From Neodothiora populina (lineage: Eukaryota), in assembly GCF_041146345.1 (NCBI RefSeq), contig NW_027191413.1, forward strand, positions 2,294,001 to 2,358,000: a stretch of DNA of 64,000 nucleotides. Reading direction: 5' to 3'. The position numbers were made by a program, and so were the translations under genes. The notes under the pieces were generated by a model. It had not been told where the DNA came from, did no database searches, and saw only the letters and a program-made list of their open reading frames with translations. Below are positions 34,597-46,519 of the stretch, piece by piece. Each line of letters starts with the position of its first letter. The first letter of the stretch is position 1.

Positions 34597-37500
34597 CGCG
34601 ATGGCAGAAATACAAGAAGACTACAACCTGGTTGGGCCTTCTCTGAAGTAACGATGCAATGGAATTGACAACCCAGATGTTGCGAAGTGAATGGTGATGG
34701 AATCCTCACAGGCACGCCGAGCCCATTACCGAAAGTAGTGCAAGCTACACCCAGCAAACAAGAGAATGAAAAACGACTCCTCAGCTAACGAGTGGTGCGA
34801 TAAACCAATTCAGAAACACTCTGTGACAGTGCTGGAGGACCACAATGAGTGTGACAGGTGGCACGCGACAGACAAGACAAGGTGTCTAGGTGATGAATCA
34901 ATATCAAGAGGTCGATGCAAGAAAGACCAGCGAGCGAGACATCCACCGAGGGGCAACAGGGCGAAAAATGGCGTCGTGTCAACGTGGTCGACAGAGATGC
35001 AGGATGCGAGAGAGAGTCGCAGGCCCGAAGACGCGCTCAAATTGACTGAGCTAGTCGTCAGCGGGATCGGTACCCGGGGCAAGGTTGGTGTAGGAATCGA
35101 CGAGCACAGGAACTTCCAACTACCATTACCACTAGGTATTATTACCTGGAGTTACCTTGCCTGACCTTAGGTAACTTTGTCAAAGCTACTGCACAGACCT
35201 TGGCTTTCCCGCTCGCTCGCTCGCTCGCTCGCATGGCCCTTGCGGCTAGTAGTACTAGTATCTGTTGCCCGTACCCGCACCTGTACACTATCTGCTCTGC
35301 TTGCTCTGTTAAATAATGTCCGGAACAGCGAGCCTCTTTCAATTGCAAGAGCACGGAAGCCAGCCAGCCATAAGCTTTTGCCACCTTCCTATCCGAGTAC
35401 AGACCCGACTGATGATATTCTTCCTTGTTCATGCATGACCGGGGCTGACTGGACTGGAACACAGAGCAAGGCACCACTCATGTCTACGGGGCCACTTCAA
35501 CCAACCACTGAGTGCAAGATTCCGACATGATGGCACCGCTTCTACCGCTAGAACTACCTTATCCCTGCGCTCCCCATTCGATCAACTGCCGCCGAGGGCT
35601 CCCGCCTTGGCAATGTCACCGCGTACCATCAATACGTCGGGAGCAGCCTTTCGGTTGTTGCGCCGTGCGTGGTGGGGCCTGCCCTAAGCACATCTCAGCC
35701 TCCATGCTCTGTAGCTTTCCTCCTCCAAGGGGGGAAACTAGTACTTTCGTGGAAACCCTCGCCTTTATCCTTTAGCAGCGTTGTCCAAAGTGCATGATCG
35801 TCCTTTTTGACCGCTGAATTTCGCAATGGTCTCCACATGATACATCCGCTTTGGACCCATTGTTTCACCAGCGAACGTTCGTCTGACCTGAACAATCGCA
35901 CCGATGGTCGTCTTTTTGATGATCTCTTCACCGTCTCTCGGCCCTTGCCGCCGATTGACGCGTCCATTCGTGGACATGCAGCAGTCCCTCGCGTCGCAAA
36001 TCTGTGATGGCCCTTGGATGTAGTCAAGTACCGCCCAGCGAAAACAGGCAAGAACGCAGGGCTCTGCTGTGCCACAGACTATTCTTAATTGCAATTCATC
36101 TCATTCCTCCACTTGCTCGAGCATCTTGCGTAATTCGTGCTTCACATCGGCTGCATTACCGGGAGGACGGCGTGTGCGGCAGCATCCAGCCGGAGATGCT
36201 GCCATGGATCTAACCGCGATCTCTCCTCGTCATCTTCAGGTTCGGAACTAGCCTAGTTCCGAGTTTGCAAAACTATTCGGTGGCGTTGCCGAGGCATGGT
36301 ACGCCCATGTCCATGAGACATGTATACAGTGCGCCGCCTGTCATGGCTGTTTAGGTAAAATAGGCCACGGTTGATCTACACGGCAGGAGTCAACCAAGGA
36401 TGAATTTACGAGGCGGACGATTATCACGACGCGAGATCCATAGATGCCCATCTACTCTGATCATCAATCACTAAGGTGCAGTATGCCCAACAATTAAGAT
36501 TTCTGTTGGAAACTCGTGATGCTGGCCTTATGTAGTCGGATCAAGCGAGCAATCGGCTTGCGATTCTGCACAGCCTCAGTTCGTGCGCACCCGTTGGATA
36601 TTGCGAAGATCGCAATCCTATGCATGGTGATCCTCAGCAAACGCTAAAGCATTCAAGTAGAGCATGTCTGCCCGCTGAAGCTGTCGCACGTACAAAGTGA
36701 TCATGGTGGGTTGCTGCCAGGAATACTTATATGCATTCAAAGGATGTATATGCCAGTGAACTTCTCTCCCATTCACTTTGTCTCAGTGCCTCGTCTATTC
36801 GGGTCATGTAATTCGTCAAATATGAGGAGAGCCAAATAATGGTGGAGAAGAATGCGAGGGAAAGAGCCCTAAGGCATTGACCAATCAACACAGTTCTCTT
36901 CGTTCTAGAACGACCGATCCGCATCCTAAACGAGGAGATGGCAGTCGCGATCACTACTGTACAGTAAATATCAGTGCATGCATCGCTGGCAAAGTATCAG
37001 CTGCCATCCATATAGTCGACTTATACAGCAAGTATAGCAAGTATGACTCGCACAAGGGTACTGTTCGGATGTCTTCGACGCAGATATCCAGGTCTTGGCC
37101 GTTATACAGTGTGATTAGTTGACTGGACATTCGGTCCTTCACCTTGAGTAGAGATTGTAAGGTATGAGGGTCCAGTCAAGATCTTCCTCCGAGGCTTGGC
37201 CAATAAGATGTCGGCCAGAGTTTGTTAAATTGGGTGATAGTAGCGTGTATCATGCCTAGAGTATGTACTGTAGAAGTACTTGCACTTGCACCGTAAGAAG
37301 GTACTGTACATGTGGGGCAATGGTCAGGCACTCGTAACGGTAGAAGGATCGAATGCCACGCGAGGTGGTGGTCTTTACCGAATGCGAAATGCCACCTCGA
37401 TAGATGGTATCGGATGTCCGACGATGCTAAGCACAGTGATTGCGCCAGACGATAACGCAACGCTTGTTCAGTCTGCGCCAAGCTCGTTGACCAATTCTGT

Positions 37501-38169
37501 CCTTGAGCAGTTTTGTCTAACGCATATGCCAAGAGCACAAACGTGTTCTTATCTCAGCCGCGACGCACTCTCATTGCGAAAGACAGACCTACTCACACAT
37601 ACTGACTACACTTACTGTTAGCAGCTGCTATGTTACTTATAGCCGTCAGTCCTGCATATGGCCGCCAGTCAAGGACCAGGATGCTTGCTGAGCCTGCGCC
37701 AAGATGCATCACAAGCTCAGGGATCCACTTCAAAGTGAACTTCAATCGTAGATACCGTATCTATAGTTGATAGATATTTCCCAACTACACGATCCCTACT
37801 TTACGAATCATTCCCATACGACCTATTGTTATGTGCACAGGTGCTGTGCATGGCCTTCTTTGAAATTGCATCTGGTGTGTTGCTACAATTCTGCAAAAGA
37901 TGATAAATCTAAGCGTCGGAGACCGCCGCTTCTTTTGTTCTTTGCCAAAGTCCGCAGACCGTGCCCTTGCTTAGTTTTGTAAAAATTTCTCCTGCTACGA
38001 ACGGATCAGTATCGTAATCACAGCCGCCTATGTCTTGATACTTGCAGACGTTCCTGTAGTTATTAAGATAGTTGGTATCCAACAGTATATTTGACTTTGT
38101 TTCCTAATTCACTTTTCTTTCTACCATTGAAGCTTTCTCTTCGTCTTAGGCCAACCACTGATCTTAACC

Positions 38170-39237
38170 ATGTGCAACTCTCATCTCCATAACTTTCTCC
38201 AGGAGCTCCCCAAATGCGAGCACCATATGCATCTGGAGGGCGCTCTCACCCCCGAGGTCCTGTTCAATTTGGCGAAGAGGAACAACATAGCTCTGCCTAG
38301 TGACGACGAGGCTTTTGCATCACCAGAAGCTCTGCTGGCTCGCTACAACCGCTTCACATCCCTTGATGATTTCCTCCATTACTACTACATTGGCATGTCT
38401 GTTCTGGTCGAAGCATCAGACTTCGAGGATCTAGCCATGGATTATTTCAGACATGCCAACGTGGATGGTGTTGCTCACGCAGAGGTGTTTTTCGATCCTC
38501 AGGCCCATTTGTCTCGAGGCATTTCTTACGCCACCGTTCTTACCGGCTTCACCTCAGCTCGTCAACGTGCTGAGAAGGAATTCGGAATCACCAGTGAACT
38601 CATTTGCTGTTTCCTTCGCCATCTCCCTGTCCCAGAGTGCATTGAGACCTTCAAGAACGCAGACCTACAGGCAAGTTTTAAGAATGGCGCCGTCACCGGA
38701 ATTGGCCTCGACTCTAGCGAGAAGCCCTTCCCTCCCGAACTGTTCAAGGAAATCTACGCAGGTGCCAAGGAGCTTGGCCTTCGAAGGACTGCTCATGCCG
38801 GAGAGGAGGGACCAGCAACGTACATTTCGAACTCTCTGGACGTGCTTAACGTCGAGCGCATCGATCACGGCATTCGCCTTGCTGAAGATGAAGAGCTACT
38901 TCGAAGGGTCGCAAAAGATGGCACCATGCTTTCTGTCTGCCCCTTGAGCAACGTGGTGCTCTGCTGCGTGAAGGAAGTCAAGGAAGTACCCATCCGCAAG
39001 TTTTTGGACGTCGGTGTCAAGTTCAGCATCAACAGTGACGATCCTGCATACTTTGGCGGCTACGTCCTCGACAACTATTGCGCTGTGCATGAAGCTTTTG
39101 ACCTCACGATTGACGAATGGTCTGGTATTTGCCGCGCAGGTATCGAGGGAAGTTGGTGCTCGCAAACTCGCAAGGATGAGCTCATTACTCGTCTCGAGAA
39201 AGTCACGACTTTCTGGCAGTCCAGACTCCAGGGCTGA
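38170..39237 (+). CDS. AAH1: Adenine deaminase (adenosine/AMP deaminase fold)
   Basis: LPKCEHHMHLEG, EVFFDPQAH, GLDSSE, TAHAGEEG, RIDHG, CPLSN, INSDDPAYFGGY. Intronless CDS. Confidence 0.92.
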   Translation: MCNSHLHNFLQELPKCEHHMHLEGALTPEVLFNLAKRNNIALPSDDEAFASPEALLARYNRFTSLDDFLHYYYIGMSVLVEASDFEDLAMDYFRHANVDGVAHAEVFFDPQAHLSRGISYATVLTGFTSARQRAEKEFGITSELICCFLRHLPVPECIETFKNADLQASFKNGAVTGIGLDSSEKPFPPELFKEIYAGAKELGLRRTAHAGEEGPATYISNSLDVLNVERIDHGIRLAEDEELLRRVAKDGTMLSVCPLSNVVLCCVKEVKEVPIRKFLDVGVKFSINSDDPAYFGGYVLDNYCAVHEAFDLTIDEWSGICRAGIEGSWCSQTRKDELITRLEKVTTFWQSRLQG

Positions 39238-40983
39238 GCCCATCCTTTGGAGATTGATCAAGCCATGCGTGCGGCAGAGTCATAGGGCATCAGTGATATG
39301 TATCCGCAACGGTCTGGCTCGGGTTTATATAATGACCAGAATTACACCCTTGCGGAGCGGAAGCCAGGTAGCACAGTGATGAAGAGTATGGCCAAAGCCA
39401 GCATTCATGTGCCGCTATATCCATGCCGCACGGCATACCACTGGCACCATGATCTTGCCGACGATAGTCGCAGAGACATCAGTTCAAGCTTACGCGAGTC
39501 GCACCACCGCAGACCAGTCTTTGAATTGTCTACGAAATGATTCTGGACATATTACGACCCGATTTAGCAGTCTGTTCTTTGAGCAGTCAATATGCGATAT
39601 TTGTTGATTCTATAGATATCGTCTCGGCGCTGGAAAGCCTGTGGTGAGCAGAGTCGGACGAAGTGGTCAAACTCGAAAGCGCTGTGAGTCGGATCACCCT
39701 TCGTGATGTACATGAGATGACTCCGTGCAGGCCCGCTAGGAGAGTCATGTAACAGAAAGCACTGTACGAACGGGAAGGCAACGCCATTTATATAGTCCCG
39801 GATCATGTGGTTTACGAGCAGGATCGTCTTATGCAAATCATTCATGCTCTATTTTCATCCTTAGTCATGTATCTGAGATCAATCCATGGCACGCGAAGCA
39901 AAAAAGCGCCGCCCACATATAGACTGTGTATCACGTTCGTATACGAGCCGAATTTATTATATCGTGCCTATCTTCATCTAGCAGCAGGTACAGGACCGAT
40001 TCCCCTGATCGACGCGTTGCCGAAACCTTTGATTCAGCTGTGTACGCTCGAACATTTTTCAATGTGCGGTCTAGTCGTGAAAAATAATATAGTGGTTGAT
40101 CAGATGCCCACCATGCCCTGAATATGTTGTTTTTCGAGCTTTCTCTAGAACAGTAGTGTTTGCGAGAGTCCATGACTTTCTCGCTTGACTTGGTACACGG
40201 GGTCTAATTAAGCCACACAACGAAAGTCAACATAACGCTCCACAGAGCTCTCAAGCTATTTCAGCTATATTTAGTCCAATCGTCTACCTTAGTCGAAGCA
40301 TGACAAAATCACGCGGTGGTGATGCGGAGACAACAGGTTCGTGGAAAGAATGCGTTAAATGGCCGTGCTTATGCTACTGGCCCAGACTCTAAACCGCCCA
40401 TCTATGGTGAAATACATAATCGTCATACATACAGCCAACCCAGTGGCTGTTGCGCTGGTCCTGCCTTCGCCGAAACTCCTTTTGTTCATGTGGCTTGCCA
40501 TCCATAGCTTTTGGATGCCTTTCCTTCCTTCCGATCAAACGCAACCTCCGATCGAACTCAATGATAATGTTTGCAAAATTTGTACTGTCGAAAATATCGA
40601 TGATGATGATGCCAATAATTGTAACAATAATGGTGTCTGCAGGTGTATCGTGTAAAAAATAATAAAAAGTCGCAGTCGAAACAGAGCTTGGGTATGAAAA
40701 CGATCTAAAATGCTCCGAAGAGTCGGTAAAGATAATGGTGAGGGCGGAAAGGCTTCAGGTGTTTTCTTTTTCTTTCTAGCCCAGGAAGCGCTGTCGTGAT
40801 TGCAGCGAGGTTATAGGCATGCTGAAGTTGGACCGGTACTGGCCTGCTTGCCTATAGCTGTCGTTCCTTGCCTTTTGGATCCCGTCGTGGCTGCGTCGGA
40901 ACCGGATTGTGCCCAAAGTGATGGTGATTCGAAGTGCTCCTGGAATGCGGGTAAATTTTAGTCTTGGTCCATTCGGCGCGTGG

Positions 40984-42835
40984 TCAAGTCCAGATCGAAG
41001 GGGCATTTACGAACCCGCCAGTGAAACCTCCGTACGGCGTTCCAACCTCAATATAGTTACGCACATCCTCATGGCTCATATACGGTTGTGGTGTAAAAGC
41101 AGGAGAAGGCGTAGTACTCCAGCCAACATGGCTTCCATTATGGTACGCTGAACCATCATAAGATGATCCAGCAGTTAGTACGTCCAGGAAAGGTGAATGT
41201 GACCCCGTGGACATTCGCGATTGCAAAGAAGAAGGCACAAATCCAGGACTAAGGTTGGCGAAAGGCTGATATGCAAGATTGTTCATATCCATGTTTATGG
41301 GATCGCTGTATGAGGCATGCGCAGGCGAGCTACGCAGTCTGGATCGTTCGATCATCTGCTGTCGCTCCCATTCCGTACGACTGCGATAACTCGTCGCAGC
41401 TTGCTGTGGAAATTGCATGAGGCTACTGATCTCGACCGCTGTCTGTCCGAATTGTTGTTCGACTTGCATTGGCGCAGTCATGTGGATGATCTTCTCGAGG
41501 GCTCCAATGCTGATCGCTGAGCAAAACGCGGGTCCAAGGAAAGGGAAAAGTGGTTCAACGGCGAGTGCGATTGCATACAAGTGTGCCAATACCAAGATAG
41601 CAGGCCCATCGACGACAGGCCTCTCCAAGAGAAGGCACGGTACGAAGTAAACCCACTTTCGTAGTCTGTAGAGCTGGTCGAATTCTTCCACGGCGGACTG
41701 CGGCGGCGGTGAGGCGATCAGTGTTCGCACATATCCAAGCAACTGATTGATCCACTGCGACTCGGTTTCGTGACCTGCTAAAAATGGCTGAAGGCGCTGT
41801 AATGCGGTGATGATGTTGCCGAGTACAGCTTGTCTTTCCTGCATATTTGGCATTGGAGGAACATCCTTTTGTCCTACGGTGGGAAGATAATCCAAGATGT
41901 CTGCGAATACGGACTCGTGCTTCCAGCCCTCCATAGCGCTTGATACCTGTATCATGGGTCAATCCTTGGCCATCGAAGTATGTTGCGTTAATCTTACACT
42001 TGAAACCCCAGATTGGAGCGACGAGTATGTGCGCCTATAATGGAGTCAGCATACGTGGGTCACATGGAAAGCAGGACACCGCTCTTACCAGTCGTTAGCC
42101 TGCGTCATCAAGAGAAGACTTGCTGCAAGTATCGGATCCGCGTTGGCCTTTGAGAATGAGTTGATGGAGTCATGAAGACCTCGAATTGCAATACTGCCAT
42201 GGTGTATCTGCATCTCACGAGCGTCCGATGCAGGAGACACCCAGGCCAGATGGCTAGCAGAGAACGCCAAGAAAGCGTGCATGACGTATGGATACGAGGT
42301 CGCGATGCTCAGATACCTATACCAATTTCAGCAATGGCCCACGGATCTTCGGGCTGCAATAACGCACTGTGGGATCTTGGTTGTCCAGACATTGACCCCA
42401 CCCATACCATTGACAAGTAATGAGCGAGCTACCGATGAGAGGTGTGCAATCAATACAAGATCGTTCCTGCTGTAAGATTGAACCTGAGGGGTCGGGAATA
42501 CCTGCAGCTCAGGGAATGGGAAATTGCCCGTCTGCAGCCATAGATTGACACTCTGCTCGGTTTCTGCGGAGCAGGGTAGACTGGCTCGCTCAGGGCCAGG
42601 TGGCTGCTCCTCCTCGGCTGGCATGTTTTCCATGTAGTCGCACCTGACCTGGTGCTTTGTGCAATTGCGGCTACAACTACGTTAGCGGGAGATCACGCTC
42701 CTGTACGGGATTGGGTGCGTGTTACCATTGAGGGAATGTTTCATCGCATCTGATATGCCTACGTTTACAGGTCTTGCATCCAGTGCGACTTTTCGTATGG
42801 CTTCTTCGTGAAGGACCTGTGCCTTGGCCTGCCAT
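40984..42835 (-). CDS. Zn(II)2Cys6 transcription factor, Upc2/Ecm22-type cluster (resembles SclB/ADA-6 group), multi-exon
   Basis: MAGQGTGPSRRSHTKSRTGCKTCKRRHIRCDETFPQ|CRNCTKHQVRCDY, then YVMHAFLAFSASHLAW..NADPILAASLLL. First intron 42671-42725, with further introns to ~41950. Ends PSIWT. Orthology is from memory and unverified. Confidence 0.85.
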
Positions 42836-45800
42836 GGTTGCTAGATCGTAAACAGATCCTTGGCTCGCGGAAGGATCTCGTGATCTGGCCGCTGTGATTC
42901 AACGCACAGCGCTTGACAACAACTCGTTTATGTATGCTCAGAAAAGGAATCAGACGGTCAGTCCCAATGAAGTGTCTAGTGAGGGGAAGGAGTGGTGGGG
43001 AAGAGCAAGAAAGAGGCAACGAGAGTGCTGATATGCAAACAAGTGAATGTTACGGGTCTTTGTGTCTAAGTGGACCCGAGGCTAGGACAATTAGCGACAA
43101 ACGATGGTGCTGATGTGCAACGCGAAGTGGTAGCGGTATGGGGAACAGTATATAGTTCAAGAAACAACACGGGTAAGAAGTAGCTGCATGCTATTTTTAC
43201 CGAGAGGCCACAACGACATAGTCCCATGACGTCCTGTGGTACATTCTGACAGTTCTCCATGATCGTGCACCATGCCCGTGAAAACTACCCAAGCTGGTAA
43301 GGCATCAGACAAATCGGGTGTAGGACGATTCCAGAAAAAGACTCGCGACCCTCGACCCAAATGTAGAAAGCTTGTCTTTGGGTGGATTAGGCGTTTGGAG
43401 AAGAGCCCTGAGCAAGTACGGGTAAGCATCACTGGTGTTTTCACATCTGGACATGCACAGTCCAGTGTCGCATTTAACATTCAGTCGCGCTCAATCCAAC
43501 GGTTCCTCGAAGAAAAATACCTTGAATTCGGCGACTCCGACCACTCTGCTGCGATCCTAAAAATTGCTGCACTGCTGGCCCGACCGGCACGCCGGATGAT
43601 ACAGCGAGCATTGGCTACACCATCTTCAGCTTCTGACAGAGAATTGACGGACGTGGTCGTGACTACCTGATGGCCGTTACCATTCGCGGACGCATCGAGC
43701 CATCATCCAAAACCATGTGGTCTCTCCAAGGCGCGCCGAGCTCCGGTGACAAGTCTATTTTTAATCCTGGACACTACCGCATTGGCATACTGGCGCGCAC
43801 CACGATACCACTGAACGTCGCCACGACCCGTTGACGGCGCGCGAACTCTTGCTTACCTTACATCACACACATACATCTTACCGGCGCACCCATTGATGCT
43901 CGAGATCCGCATGGCCATCGCTATTTGACAGGTCGTGAGCCGACAATTACCGCTTGTATTCGGCTGGTCATGGCTTGCACCCGCACCACGCGCTTTCACT
44001 TGGCTTTGCAACAACCTTTCGCCAGTGGCGACCGCTTCGCTCATCATCCGTGCACCAATTCGTGATTTGCGGAGCATTTTGATTTCGTACCTGGTGCTAC
44101 AGTAATAATGGTACAGTCCGTCAATCTACCACCATCGCTTCCTACCCAATATCACGCAATGCTTCCCTGAGACCTTTGCTGCACCTTACTTGGTGCATGT
44201 CGCATTATTGCTTATTGCCTTCAGCTCGAGTCATCATGCGTACTCTACGTATTCCAAGCGCAAGCTATCATGTGGCACCTGCAGCGATCGGCCATGACAT
44301 GGCGCTATCGAAATGCCTTCCTTGTGATACGCCTAGATCTTGGGAGATGGCTGGCTTTTTTTTGCAAGAGGCGAAAACGCGGTCAAGCAATCGGCGGCCT
44401 TGACCTTGACGATGACTTGACGGAACTCTAATAAGAATACTTTGTATCTTACAGTACTGTACTTTGGGAGCAGGCTAAAACTTCGCAGCTATGGCACGAT
44501 CCGTGCAAATGGCTGCCATAAATAATACACTCCGGCATGATCGCAAGCGGGATCCGACCGAACGTTTACTCGTCCCTGAGTATCGCCCTCTTTTGATATC
44601 TCAAGTGACATGCTGGTTTTGGCACTGTAACCTTTGTCGCAAATCTGACTTTTCGGTACGAAAGAATGCCGTGCCCGATCGGCTATTGGCTGCGCGTTCC
44701 TTCTCCATTTCCCGATCCAAAGTCACGAAAACTCTTGCCATGTGCAGATGGAAAAGGGAAGTGCTCGCGTCCACTTTACCCGGTGGGCTACTTGTAAACC
44801 ACACGAACATCGCTATCTTCCTCCACGGTACGCGGCCCACATTGCTTGAGGACCTCGGTTCTCACGCTTCTACGGAGTACTAACTTAGTTATTAATAAGC
44901 TTCGAGGGATCCGTCGAGACTAGATCTATACAAGTACATAACAGCGGGGCTTCTCGATATGAAGAGGTGATGGCTCAAGCTTTCGAGCCCTATCCGCCTT
45001 CCTAGAATAACAGCTTTCTGTGCGTGCGTTCGTGAATTACCTACATGAGGTACCATACGGGACACATTTTCGGAGCGAGATATTGTCTTAGCCGAGCCTC
45101 TCTTGAATCACTACACGCGGGGTGGGCGACTCATGGTCATGGACGTGCGCGGGTGCCATCCGACCAGAATGAAGTAATGCGCGCCGTTTTTGTCCCCTCT
45201 GTCCCCTCCCCCTCTCTTCACAGATGACTGCATAAACTCGGGTAGCATCAGGTTCGGCGGAAGTCTCGGAGCGGCCTACCACGTGCCTTTTTTCGCTATG
45301 ACAGAGAACTTTTGACACAGACCCTGTGTGAGGAAATCAGCCCAGCCTCCTCGGTAAAAAAAGCTTGAAAGTCCCATAGGTCGTCGGCCTCTACGTCAAG
45401 AAGGGGGGGAGAAGGAAGAACATAAAACAAAAAGGAAAGGAGAGAATCAAATAGGCTAGACTGGAAAAACAGTTACTACGACTGAATTCAGCCCGAACCT
45501 CGTCACAACCTCCCGGCTGCCTGGATGAAAGGACAAACGGTCGTTGCCAAGTGTGTCCGCACATCAACATCTCCTCTGTGGAGTCGTACCCTGTTCTTAC
45601 GACATCACGATAAACTTCTCAGCCCCAATGCCAATACTGAGGGATGAATAAAGGGAGATCTATTGGCATTCTTTGGGGATTGGTGGTTGTTGTTTTCTTT
45701 TCTTTCCACTGTCGCGGGAAATCAAGAAATGCCTAGACGAAATAACAGCATCCACATGCAAAGGTACGGAGTACATCGTGTTGAATTGTCGAAATTATTC

Positions 45801-46519
45801 GGAAGGAAAAATCTGATAGGGTACTACACCAACTCAAATCCATGTCGATCTCGCTGAAACGCCTGTGATGTATCTGTACAGGTACATGATTGAGACTAGT
45901 CGGTGATCTAGAGAAAGTCACGCTGGGAATGTCGGGGCCACTAACAGCGTTTGTACTGCGTCTCCGTTATCACTTGTGAAACTGTATAGGTAAATAAGAT
46001 GTGGAAACTTTCCACTGTTCTGAGGCCAGGGAGGTGGAGTCTAGTTATGCCCCTTAGCTGTGCCGTGCCCTGATAGTCCTTTACTGTACAGGATTCCAGA
46101 CACAATTACAGTTCAATTACAGTTCAAGTCAAGTACAGTATGTCCAAAGCCTATCGCATGGTTTTCGCAGAGCCGCCGAAGTTGCGACGAACGACGTCAA
46201 GTACGTCGCAGATGCGATGTTGCGAAATGTCGGCTATGATCTGGTCCGGTCTTTGAAAAGCTCGCAGATACTCGCAGATACTCGGCAACCTCTTGGAACG
46301 GTGCAGATGAAACGCGGTAGAAATGTACTTCCCCCTGCGATTTCAACCCACACTTTGAGGCTAGGAATTACAGTTCCGGCAGAACGAGAACTGTCCTAGC
46401 TCTCGAATCTTTCTTCTTTCGGCTAAAGATATTGTCTCAATCTCACCAGATTGATCTGCATACCGGCAAAACGTACCCAAATGTAACACCTTTCCTCGCG
46501 AAAATGCGCGCAATCGATC

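Noticed and set aside
36727..37621. Cluster of short ORFs upstream of AAH1 as a gene or transposon relic
   Set aside because: No recognisable motifs, terminal repeats or consistent frame.
39217..39237. SRL near the AAH1 C-terminus as a PTS1
   Set aside because: Followed by QG before the stop, so it is not terminal; no splice or readthrough route exposes it.
45366..45376. GAAAGTCCC resembling the RNase MRP P4 motif
   Set aside because: No matching 3' P4 partner motif found downstream.
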